Source: Candidatus Saccharimonadota bacterium
GTDB taxonomy: Archaea > Nanobdellota > Nanobdellia > Pacearchaeales > GW2011-AR1
Direction of reading: 5' to 3'
Length of the DNA stretch: 32,000 bases
Assembly: GCA_049511795.1 (NCBI GenBank)
Contig: JBEKXS010000002.1
Coordinates: 83,987-115,986 of the forward strand
Positions 17,304 through 25,945 of this stretch are shown in pieces. Every line of letters starts with the position of its first letter. Within the stretch, counting starts at the first letter, position 1. The position numbers and the translations under genes are program-made. Below the pieces are notes generated by a model that did no database searches, was not told the DNA's origin, and saw nothing but the letters and a program-made list of their open reading frames with translations.

Positions 17304-18149
17304 TCAGCTGAAGTATCTACTTAGATATTTTGTTTTTCTTTTATATTTATTCCTTAAGTATGTTCCGTAAACCAAACCGGCAAGAAGTCCTCCAAGATGA
17401 GCTGTATTTGCTATTGGCAATGGAAAGATAAGGCCTAAAATAATAAGAGGAACAAGTGCAACAATTGGAAGAAGCCAGAAAGACATTTTAACAGGTATTG
17501 CAAGTCTTCTGATTCTTGGGTTAAATGAGAATATTGCAAATATTGAAATTAAAATGTAAACATTAAGAATGAATATGATAAATGTTGAAAGCGAGCTGGA
17601 TAATAAAGGTGAAACAATAAATCCTAAAATTATTGCAATCAGTGGTCCTAAAATCAAGAATACTTTTGCATAAGGAACAAGGACAGCAAGAACTCCAAGC
17701 AATCCAAATATAGCACCAGAAGCTCCTACTCCTGCGACATCAGGAGCTCCAACTAATTGTGCTCCAAGCATTGTTGTGCCAAATAAGCTAGAAAGCAGAA
17801 CGAAAACAGCTCCAGCAATTATTCCAGCTATCATGTAAAACCAGAAGTATCTTTTTCTTCCGATCACTCTTTCAAGAAAAGTTCCTATGAAAAAAAGCGA
17901 GAACATATTGAAAAATAAATGTTCAATTCCGGCATGCATAAACATACTCGTAATAAATGTCCACAAATCTTTTCCGTGAAGAATATTTATCGGTGTTATC
18001 GCAATTGCGCTAATGGGAAGAACATTAAGGGCTATCAGAGCTGTGAAAACAATAAAAGCAAGTACATTAACAAAAATAATAATTGAGGTCATACTAAAAT
18101 AATTTAGTATGCTTCTTTTTCTTGTAGAAACAGAATAATATGGGTCCAT
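17304..18149 (-). CDS. Rhomboid-family intramembrane serine protease
   Basis: 281-aa ORF with MHAGIEHLFFNM (H-x4-H-x3-N block), GASGAIFGLLG (catalytic GxSG) and HLGGLLAGLVYG (catalytic His helix). Its start directly abuts the tfe stop codon (18150-18152). Confidence 0.85.
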   Translation of the reverse strand: MDPYYSVSTRKRSILNYFSMTSIIIFVNVLAFIVFTALIALNVLPISAIAITPINILHGKDLWTFITSMFMHAGIEHLFFNMFSLFFIGTFLERVIGRKRYFWFYMIAGIIAGAVFVLLSSLFGTTMLGAQLVGAPDVAGVGASGAIFGLLGVLAVLVPYAKVFLILGPLIAIILGFIVSPLLSSSLSTFIIFILNVYILISIFAIFSFNPRIRRLAIPVKMSFWLLPIVALVPLIILGLIFPLPIANTAHLGGLLAGLVYGTYLRNKYKRKTKYLSRYFS

Positions 18150-18851
18150 TTATCGTCTTTTTTTCTTGGATGCTTTCTTATTATGCTTGACTTTTTTATT
18201 TTTTGATTTTTTTTGTGTATGTTTCAGCTTTTTTTCTTTTATTCTGCTTTTCTTAAGCTTTAATTTTGCTTTTGCCTTAATTTTTTCCTCTTTTCTTGCT
18301 TCTTTACTTCTTTTTTTGTCTTCTTTTCCCTTTTCTTTTGAAATTTCTTCCTCAACAAGAGCCAAATCTCTTTCAAGTTTTTCCTTGTTTTTTTTCAAAT
18401 CCTTAAGCATTTTTGTATTGTCTTTCAAAACAAGAAGAGAGCCGCATTCTGTACACGTGAAGTTGTTAAGCAATGCATTTTCTTCGCTAAGCTCAATATG
18501 ACATCTATCGCAAACATAGAACCTTTTTGTTTCCCTGCTTTTTATGAAATGTTCTGTGTTGTCTATTTTTTTCAAAAGATTTTCCTTGAGAAATTCAAGA
18601 GCTTTTACTATTTCTATCTTCCAGAAATAAGTGTACCATCCTTTTCTCTTGTCTTTCTTTCTTATTGATGAGACAAGGCCGAAATCAGAAATTTTGTAAA
18701 GAATATTTCTCGTTTGGTTGATTGTAAGTCCAAGTTTTTTGGCAATTACAAATTCATTGACATATTTTTGTGTGTCAAGCAAATCAACAATTTCTTCTGC
18801 CGGCTTTCCTGCAACTAAAGAAATGACTTCCTTAAGCAAATTTTCTAGCAT
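18150..18851 (-). CDS. tfe: Transcription factor E alpha (TFIIE-alpha homolog) with a Lys-rich C-terminal tail
   Basis: 233-aa ORF. An N-terminal extended winged helix (EFVIAKKLGLTINQTRNILYKISDFGLVSSIRKKDKRKGWYTYFWKI) is followed by a zinc ribbon (CDRC...x15...CTEC) and a K/E/R low-complexity tail of about 60 aa. Confidence 0.8.
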   Translation of the reverse strand: MLENLLKEVISLVAGKPAEEIVDLLDTQKYVNEFVIAKKLGLTINQTRNILYKISDFGLVSSIRKKDKRKGWYTYFWKIEIVKALEFLKENLLKKIDNTEHFIKSRETKRFYVCDRCHIELSEENALLNNFTCTECGSLLVLKDNTKMLKDLKKNKEKLERDLALVEEEISKEKGKEDKKRSKEARKEEKIKAKAKLKLKKSRIKEKKLKHTQKKSKNKKVKHNKKASKKKRR

Positions 18852-18989
18852 TTTACGTTGAAATATGGTCCAAATAAATACCTTTCGGTTTTAATTCTCC
18901 AGTTTTTGTTCCTTTTATTTGATTAGGAAACAAAGTTTTTAAACCTGTATTGTATTTTATATATATCCTAAAATATACTTAAAAATAAC

Positions 18990-19607
18990 ATGAGCCTATT
19001 CGGAAAAAAAGAAAAAAGCGGTGAAAATCAGGTTCCTCAATTACCTTCTCTGCCAAAATTACCAGAGCTTCCAAAGCTTCCAGAATTTTCAGATGATGAT
19101 GACCGAGGAATTCATCAGCTTCCAAGCTTTCCATCAAGTTCTATTGGTAAAAAATTTTCACAAGATAGTATAAAAGATGCGGTTTCTGGGGACAAAAGAG
19201 GTATGTATGCAAATGATTTCTCTGAAGAAGACGAAGATGAGCAAATGAGTATGGGAATGATGCAGGGCATTTCAAGAAAGCCAAGGACAGAAGAGGTTGA
19301 AGATGAAATAGATGAAGAATTTCCTGAAAAAAATAAAAAAATGAAAGCAATAGACAGCAACATGAGCACAGGAAGCAATTTCCACCAGGAAACAGAGCCT
19401 GTTTTTGTAAGAATTGACAGATTTGAGGAAGGGTTAAGGACTTTTGAAGACATTAAAAATCAGATATCTGATATTGAACGCGTCCTTTCTGAAACAAAAA
19501 GGCTAAAGGAAAAAGAAGAAGCAGAAATTTCGTCATGGGAAAGCGAGCTAAACAGGATGAAGACAGAAATTGAAAAAATAGGAAAAGATATTTTTTCAAA
19601 GATATAA
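18990..19607 (+). CDS. Hypothetical protein: N-terminal LPxLPKLPELPKLPEF proline repeat, acidic disordered middle, C-terminal coiled coil
   Basis: 205-aa ORF with an ATG start and protein-like composition. The two minus-strand track ORFs inside it (19115..19453, 19141..19350) are shadows. Confidence 0.6.
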   Translation: MSLFGKKEKSGENQVPQLPSLPKLPELPKLPEFSDDDDRGIHQLPSFPSSSIGKKFSQDSIKDAVSGDKRGMYANDFSEEDEDEQMSMGMMQGISRKPRTEEVEDEIDEEFPEKNKKMKAIDSNMSTGSNFHQETEPVFVRIDRFEEGLRTFEDIKNQISDIERVLSETKRLKEKEEAEISSWESELNRMKTEIEKIGKDIFSKI

Positions 19608-19623
19608 ACCAAACTAAATTAAA

Positions 19624-19998
19624 ATGCCATCTGAAGATACAATTTACATAAAACTTGATTATATGGAAGCTCTTAAGACAAGAAGAGGTATTCTCAATTC
19701 TGAATTAAGTGTTTTGAACATTTCAAAAAAAATCCAGCAATATAAAAATCTAAGGCTTCTGGAGCTTGGCCTCAAGTCAAAGCTAAGCACAAAATTCAAG
19801 GATGTAAAGTCAAATATCAGGCGTTTGCAGGCAACTCTGCCAAGCGGAAGGCTTCCAAAAATAATCCAAAAAGAAAAGGCAAAGGCTGTTGAAAAGTCAT
19901 CTGAAAGAGTAGGCAGGATAAGACAGCAGAGTGATATTGAATCTCAGTTAAGTGAAATTCAAAGAAGGCTTGCAGAGCTTCAGGGCGAGAATGTATAA
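19624..19998 (+). CDS. Hypothetical coiled-coil protein, likely distant paralog of the upstream gene
   Basis: 124-aa ORF starting 16 nt after the previous stop. IYIKLDYMEALKT resembles VFVRIDRFEEGLRT of the upstream protein, and it also carries an LPSGRLPK motif. Confidence 0.55.
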   Translation: MPSEDTIYIKLDYMEALKTRRGILNSELSVLNISKKIQQYKNLRLLELGLKSKLSTKFKDVKSNIRRLQATLPSGRLPKIIQKEKAKAVEKSSERVGRIRQQSDIESQLSEIQRRLAELQGENV

Positions 19999-20046
19999 GA
20001 ATTCTAATATCAAATAATTTTTAAAAACACTATTCCTTGAAAATGT

Positions 20047-21744
20047 ATGATAATGAGAAAGCAGCTGATTAAGAAATATCTTGATTTTTTCAAGTCAAAA
20101 AACCATATAATTATTCCTTCAGCTTCCCTTATCCCTGCAAATGACCCTACTGTATTATTCACAACAGCTGGAATGCATCCCCTTGTTCCTTTTCTGCTTG
20201 GGCAAAAGCATCCCCATGGAAAAAGGCTGGCTAGTTTGCAAAAATGCATAAGGACAACAGACATAGACAGTGTTGGAGACACATATCATCACACCTTTTT
20301 TGAGATGCTTGGAAACTGGAGCTTGGGAGATTACTGGAAAGAAGATGCAATAAAGTTCAGTTATGAATTTCTTACAAAATCTCTTGGAATAAAGAGCAGC
20401 GAAATATCTGTAACATGTTTTGAGGGAAACAAAGATGCCCAAAAAGATACTGAATCTGAAAAAATATGGAAATCTCTTGGAATAAAAAAGATAAAATTCC
20501 TTGGGAAAAAAGACAATTGGTGGGGACCTGCGGGAAAAACAGGGCCTTGTGGTCCTGACACAGAAATGTTTGTGAATGGATTGGAAATCTGGAATGATGT
20601 TTTTATGCAGTATAACAAGGACGAAAAAGGAGTTTTCTATCCGGCAAAACAGAAAAATGTTGATACAGGAATGGGTGTTGAAAGAACAATTGCTGTTCTG
20701 AACGGTTTAAATGATAATTACCTGACAGATGCATGGAAGCCGATAATTGAAAAAATTGAAGAGCTTTCAGGAAAAAAGTACAAAGGCAATGAAAAAGCAA
20801 TGAGAATAGTTGCAGATCATGTCAAGGCATCTGTATTCCTCATTTCAGATGGTGTTGTTCCAAGCAATACAGAAAGAGGTTATGTTTTGCGAAGATTGAT
20901 AAGAAGAGCTGTTAAATACGGGATGATAAACCTGAAACTGGAATCTAAATTATTCACAGGAAAAGTTGCTGAGTCTGTTTTTGATGTTTATGATGATTAT
21001 AAAGAATTAGTTAGTAAGAAAAAAGAAATTCTAAATGTTTTATCAGAAGAAGAAGATAAGTTTAACAAAACTTTGAACAATGGTCTTGGTATTTTAAGAA
21101 AAATATCTGCAGGGCAAAAAACAATTTCAGCAAAAGATGCTTTCCTTTTGTACCAGAGTTATGGCTTTCCTATAGAAATAACTCAGGAAATTGCCAAAGA
21201 GTCAGGATTAAAAGTAGATGTTGCCGACTTTGAAGCCGAACTTGCAAAACATCAGAAACTTTCAAGAACAGCTTCATCAGGAACATTCAAATCAGGTTTG
21301 GCAGACAATTCAGAGAAAACAATAAAGCTACACACTGCAACCCATTTACTAAACGAAGCTTTGCGCCGTGTTCTTAGTGAAGAAGTTAGGCAGCGCGGTT
21401 CAAACATAACACCAGAGCGTTTGCGTTTTGATTTCAATTTTCCAAGAAAACTGACAGATGAAGAAATAAAGAAAGTTGAAAATCTTGTCAATGAAAAAAT
21501 AAAACAGGGTTTGCCTATTGTGCGAGAGGAAATAAAACTGAAAGAAGCAGTAAAGTCGGGAGCACAGGCAGAATTTGGGACAAAATATCCAGATGTTGTT
21601 TCTGTTTATTCAATTGATGATTTCTCAAAAGAAATCTGCACAGGTCCTCATGTTAAGAACACAAGGGAAATTGGAAAATTCAAAATAATTAAGGAAGAAG
21701 CAATTGCAGCAGGAATAAGAAGGATTAAGGCTGTTGTTGAATAA
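20047..21744 (+). CDS. alaS: Alanyl-tRNA synthetase, bacterial-type catalytic core, truncated architecture (no C-Ala domain)
   Basis: 565-aa ORF with YLDFFKSKNHIIIPSASLIPANDPTVLFTTAGM, HHTFFEMLGNWSLGDYWK, GPCGPDTEMF and VDTGMGVERT. Editing-domain Zn motifs HTATHLL (HxxxH) and CTGPHV (CxxxH) are present. It ends at GIRRIKAVVE. Confidence 0.9.
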   Translation: MIMRKQLIKKYLDFFKSKNHIIIPSASLIPANDPTVLFTTAGMHPLVPFLLGQKHPHGKRLASLQKCIRTTDIDSVGDTYHHTFFEMLGNWSLGDYWKEDAIKFSYEFLTKSLGIKSSEISVTCFEGNKDAQKDTESEKIWKSLGIKKIKFLGKKDNWWGPAGKTGPCGPDTEMFVNGLEIWNDVFMQYNKDEKGVFYPAKQKNVDTGMGVERTIAVLNGLNDNYLTDAWKPIIEKIEELSGKKYKGNEKAMRIVADHVKASVFLISDGVVPSNTERGYVLRRLIRRAVKYGMINLKLESKLFTGKVAESVFDVYDDYKELVSKKKEILNVLSEEEDKFNKTLNNGLGILRKISAGQKTISAKDAFLLYQSYGFPIEITQEIAKESGLKVDVADFEAELAKHQKLSRTASSGTFKSGLADNSEKTIKLHTATHLLNEALRRVLSEEVRQRGSNITPERLRFDFNFPRKLTDEEIKKVENLVNEKIKQGLPIVREEIKLKEAVKSGAQAEFGTKYPDVVSVYSIDDFSKEICTGPHVKNTREIGKFKIIKEEAIAAGIRRIKAVVE

Positions 21745-21747
21745 TTC

Positions 21748-22815
21748 TTAAGCAATCTGGTATTCGTTAATCAATCCGTATTTGTTTACAAGATTATTCA
21801 GTTTTGAATTCCCCAGAAATACAAATTCTCCTTTTGTCAGTTTTGTCATTGTTTCTGCGTCACTGTATTCTGGCAATCCACTAGGCAAAGAATCTCCTGT
21901 AGAAACAAGAGTTATCTCTGGCTGTGAAGTTAGCACAGTTCCTCCGACATACTGAAGATAACTATCGCTGATTATTGCAGGTCCAGTTGTTTCAACAAAG
22001 CAGTATCCTGTTTTTTGATAACTGTCTTCAACAGGGCATTTTATTCCTACTGCTTCATGATTTTCTTGAGGATAGTAAAAAATAGCTGTTCCATAACCCA
22101 AATCTCTTAGCAAGAATGCAAGCAGCTCTGATTTTTCTCCGCAAATTCCTTGATTGTCATACAGAATTTGATAAGGGTATCTGGAATAATTAACTTTAGT
22201 CCCGAAAAAACTGGTTGTCTTATTTGAAACACCATAAGGAATATTCTGCACAATGCTGATTGCTATCCTTGCTTGGTCTGTTCTGTCAGATGTAATATTT
22301 TGTATAGCTATGGCCAATGGTAAAAGCAGTTGTCTTTGGTCTTGCTGATTTATTTTATTAAATATAAAATCAGAAATCAGAATGGTTTCATTTCCTGAAT
22401 AAGAAATATCTTGGGGCAAGCTGGAAAGGTAAGTGGACATTCCCTGGTAAGCCACAAAATTAATCTTACTTTCATTTCCGTTCAAAATGTAGCTCAAAGA
22501 TATTGTTTTTGGTTTTGTTTGAAAGCTGTTAAGGCATGAGTCTCCATTTATCTGTTCATTCGCATCACAGCTGCAAACAGATGCTTTTTCAATTAAATTT
22601 CCATTGCTATCACAGTAATATGGTTTTGTTATTGAGCATGAATTGTAAAAACTCCCATCTCCGCATATCTGAATTACTGATTTCTCAGGGCCACGCTGGG
22701 CAAATATTACGATAGATATAATTGCAAGAATGACAAGGAAACATAGAAGTGAAAGGGAAAATTCATGTTGCTTAAACCAAGAAACATCTTCCTCTTTTTT
22801 TTGTCTAACGGGCAT
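21748..22815 (-). CDS. Membrane-anchored Cys-rich extracytoplasmic protein with a transglutaminase-like (papain-fold) core
   Basis: 355-aa ORF. An N-terminal TM is followed by a Cys-rich stretch (CGDGSFYNSCS...YYCDS...CSCD...C). GICGEKSELLAFLLRDLGYGTAIFYY ... NHEAVGIKC ... GYCFVETTG then fits the Cys/His/acidic pattern of transglutaminase-like cores. Confidence 0.5.
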   Translation of the reverse strand: MPVRQKKEEDVSWFKQHEFSLSLLCFLVILAIISIVIFAQRGPEKSVIQICGDGSFYNSCSITKPYYCDSNGNLIEKASVCSCDANEQINGDSCLNSFQTKPKTISLSYILNGNESKINFVAYQGMSTYLSSLPQDISYSGNETILISDFIFNKINQQDQRQLLLPLAIAIQNITSDRTDQARIAISIVQNIPYGVSNKTTSFFGTKVNYSRYPYQILYDNQGICGEKSELLAFLLRDLGYGTAIFYYPQENHEAVGIKCPVEDSYQKTGYCFVETTGPAIISDSYLQYVGGTVLTSQPEITLVSTGDSLPSGLPEYSDAETMTKLTKGEFVFLGNSKLNNLVNKYGLINEYQIA

Positions 22816-22858
22816 TTTACATTCAGGGGATTAATGTAAAATAATTATAAAAACATAT

Positions 22859-25303
22859 CTACACTAAAAAAATAGCTGGTTTTCCAGGTTTTGCTTTCTT
22901 TGACTTGCTTTCAGGGTCATGCTTGTCTTTATCTGCAACAGAAAAAATCTTTGTCTGTAGTCCTGTTCTTGTTTGTATTGTCTCTAAATTTTGTTCGTAA
23001 ACCTTAAGTTCATTGGGCAGAACATAGAGGTATAATTTAGTAACTGATTTGTTCCTATCTTTAATTATTTTTATTACATTATTTATGTCGCTTATTGTAT
23101 CTTCAATCATTTTTTCTTCCTTATCAAACTGGTCATTTATTTTTTTCTCGTCTGTCTCAGGCCATTGCTCCAAGCTGATAAACTTTTTGTTTCCTAGTTT
23201 TTCCCAAAGTTCTTCTGTTATGTGTGGGCAGAAAGGAGAAAGAAGTTTTAAAAATGTTTCAGCTATTTGTTTATCGCTACCTTTTTCAATGTAATCAAAA
23301 AGCTCCCTTATTTTTATAACAGCAAGATTATACTGGAAATCTTCAATGTCTTGCGTGACTTCTTTTATTGTCTTGTTAACTTTGCTTTCAAGTCTTGCAT
23401 CTTTTTTTCCTGGTTTAAAATTGTCAAAGAAATTGTATATATTATTAATGAATTTGTAGCTTCCAGATAATATTTTTTCGTTCCAGTTTGTATCTTTGTC
23501 AGGAGATGCAAAAGAAACAAGTGCAAGTCTTAATGTATCTGCGCCATGCCTGTTTATTATTTCTAAAGGCTCAACGATGTTTCCTCTTGACTTGGACATT
23601 TTTTCTCCGTCAGAAGCATGGACAATTCCCTGTGTGAAATATCTTAATGCAGGCTCATCAAATTTAAGCAATCCAAGGTCTCTTAGGAATTTTGTGTAGA
23701 ACCTTATGTAAATCAAATGACCAGTTATATGCTCAGGGCCTCCGATATATTGGTCAACAGGAGCCCAGTAATTTGCTTTCTTTGTATCAAATATTCTATT
23801 TTTGTTTTTTGGGTCAGTGTATCTCAAGTAATACCAGGATGAATTAACAAAAGTGTCCATTGTGTCTGTTTCCCTTCTTCCCTTGCCCCCGCATTTTGGG
23901 CATTTTACATTTACAAAATCCTTGTTCATCTCAAGCGGATTTCCTTTTCCGAATTTTACTTTCTCAGGAAGTTTTATAGGGAGGTTTTTTTCATGCACAG
24001 GAACAATTCCGCATTTATCACAATAAATTATTGGTATCGGAGCTCCCCAGTATCTTTGCCTTGAAATAAGCCAGTCTCTTAATTTATACTGAATTTTCTT
24101 TTTTCCTAATTTTCTGAATTCAAGAACTTTTGTTACATGCTCTTTTGCTTCTTCACTTGAAAGCCCATTAAACTCTCCTGAATTTTTTAATGTTCCAGAT
24201 TCTGTATAAGCTTCTTTTTTAATATCCCCGCCAGAAATAACTTGTTTTATTGGAAGCTTGTATTTTTTTGCAAATTCAAAATCTCTTTGATCATGTGCAG
24301 GAACAGCCATTACCATTCCAGAGCCATAATCAGCAACAACAAAATTTCCAGCATAGATTGGAATTTTCTCATTACTTATTGGATTTATGGCATAACTTCC
24401 TGTGAAAACTCCTTCCTTGTCCATTTCTTCCATTTCTTTCTCACTTACAGATTTTATTTTCTTCAAAAATTTCTCAACTTCTTTTTTTTCTTTTTCTTTG
24501 ACAAGTTCCATAAGTTTTGCATGCTGGCAAGAAACAACCATAAATGTAACTCCAAAGATTGTGTCAGGCCTTGTTGTGAATATTGGCCATTTTTCCCCGT
24601 TTATTTCAAAAAGAATTTCTGTTCCCTCACTTCTTCCTATCCAATTCCTTTGTATAAGCTTCGCTCTCTGCGGCCAGTCTATTTTATCCAAGCCAGAAAG
24701 CAATTCTTCTGCATAATCTGTTATTTTTAAGAACCATTGCTCAAGATGTCTTATCTCCACATTTGTATCTTCATGCCTCCAGCATTTTCCAGAAATAACT
24801 TGCTCATTTGCAAGAACTGTTTGGCACTTAGGGCACCAGTTTACAGGTGATTTTTTTCTGTATGCAAGTCCTTTCTCGAACATTTTCAAGAATATCCACT
24901 GGTCCCATTTGTAATAGTCAGAGTCAGATGTCTTAAGCATCCTTTCCCAATCATAGCTCCAACCCATTGCTTTCTCTTGCTTCATAAAGTTGGCAATAGA
25001 TTTCTTTGTGTACTCCTCTGGATGAGTTCCTACTTTTATTGCTGCATTCTCGGCAGGCAATCCAAGTGAGTCATATCCAACGGGGTAAAGAACATTATAT
25101 CCCTGAAGCCTTTTGAATCTTGCAAAAATATCCCCTAATGAAAAAACAAATGCATGGCCCATGTGAAGCCCTTCTCCTGAAGGGTATGGAAACATGTCAA
25201 GAGAGTAAAATTTCTTTTTCTTTCCCTCTTTAGCATGAAAAATTTTCTTGTCTTCCCATTTCTTCTGCCACTTTTTCTCTATCTCAGAAAAGTTATATCC
25301 CAT
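22859..25303 (-). CDS. leuS: Leucyl-tRNA synthetase, bacterial-type architecture
   Basis: 814-aa ORF with FPYPSGEGLHMGH (HIGH), YDSLGLPAENAAIK, NWCPKCQTVLANEQV, LIQRNWIGRSEG, TTRPDTIFGVTFMVV (CP1 editing domain after the Zn module) and KMSKS. An AAGGAG SD-like element lies about 11 nt upstream. Confidence 0.9.
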   Translation of the reverse strand: MGYNFSEIEKKWQKKWEDKKIFHAKEGKKKKFYSLDMFPYPSGEGLHMGHAFVFSLGDIFARFKRLQGYNVLYPVGYDSLGLPAENAAIKVGTHPEEYTKKSIANFMKQEKAMGWSYDWERMLKTSDSDYYKWDQWIFLKMFEKGLAYRKKSPVNWCPKCQTVLANEQVISGKCWRHEDTNVEIRHLEQWFLKITDYAEELLSGLDKIDWPQRAKLIQRNWIGRSEGTEILFEINGEKWPIFTTRPDTIFGVTFMVVSCQHAKLMELVKEKEKKEVEKFLKKIKSVSEKEMEEMDKEGVFTGSYAINPISNEKIPIYAGNFVVADYGSGMVMAVPAHDQRDFEFAKKYKLPIKQVISGGDIKKEAYTESGTLKNSGEFNGLSSEEAKEHVTKVLEFRKLGKKKIQYKLRDWLISRQRYWGAPIPIIYCDKCGIVPVHEKNLPIKLPEKVKFGKGNPLEMNKDFVNVKCPKCGGKGRRETDTMDTFVNSSWYYLRYTDPKNKNRIFDTKKANYWAPVDQYIGGPEHITGHLIYIRFYTKFLRDLGLLKFDEPALRYFTQGIVHASDGEKMSKSRGNIVEPLEIINRHGADTLRLALVSFASPDKDTNWNEKILSGSYKFINNIYNFFDNFKPGKKDARLESKVNKTIKEVTQDIEDFQYNLAVIKIRELFDYIEKGSDKQIAETFLKLLSPFCPHITEELWEKLGNKKFISLEQWPETDEKKINDQFDKEEKMIEDTISDINNVIKIIKDRNKSVTKLYLYVLPNELKVYEQNLETIQTRTGLQTKIFSVADKDKHDPESKSKKAKPGKPAIFLV

Positions 25304-25374
25304 AATAAGCTAAACTCCTTGTCATTTAAAAATTTGTTGAATAACTTTAAAAAATCAGGTGTGTTTGTTTAACA

Positions 25375-25893
25375 ATGGAAAAGATTCATGCCCATTTGGT
25401 AGGAAATTCTGTTTCAAGCAATTCACAGGATGCCTTTACTCTTTACAGAAAAAGCGGTTTCGGTGAACCTATTGGGGAAAAAATGCAATACTCAATGCCA
25501 GAAGCATTATTCTTAGTTGAAAAAAACAGAATAAAATTGTTTTACAAATCAAAAGAGCTGAGTTTTCGCGAGTTTATGAAAAAAGCCAATTCTTCTGACA
25601 AAAGAATGAGTATTAAATATCCTGTTTTCAAGAATCTAAGGGAAAAAGGATATGTTGTTAAGACAGCATTGAAGTTTGGGGCTGATTTCAGGGTTTATGA
25701 CTATGGATTTCAGCAGGGAAAAGGGCATGCAAAATGGATTGTCTTTGTGGATCAAGAGTCAGGCAAACTAACATGGCATGAATTTTCTGCTAAAAACCGT
25801 GTTGCCCATTCCACAAAGAAAAACCTCCTTTTGGCGATAGTTGATGAAGAAGGAGACATAAGTTATTATGAAGTTAGATGGTTAAAACCTTAA
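25375..25893 (+). CDS. endA: tRNA-splicing endonuclease (short, homotetramer-type size)
   Basis: 172-aa ORF with EALFLVEKNRIKL, YPVFKNLREKGYVVKTALKFGADFRVY and HAKWIV blocks typical of archaeal EndA. Confidence 0.85.
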   Translation: MEKIHAHLVGNSVSSNSQDAFTLYRKSGFGEPIGEKMQYSMPEALFLVEKNRIKLFYKSKELSFREFMKKANSSDKRMSIKYPVFKNLREKGYVVKTALKFGADFRVYDYGFQQGKGHAKWIVFVDQESGKLTWHEFSAKNRVAHSTKKNLLLAIVDEEGDISYYEVRWLKP

Positions 25894-25945
25894 TTCTCAA
25901 CTTAATCACAAGAAAATTTATAACTTCCAAGTTTCTTTGACAATT

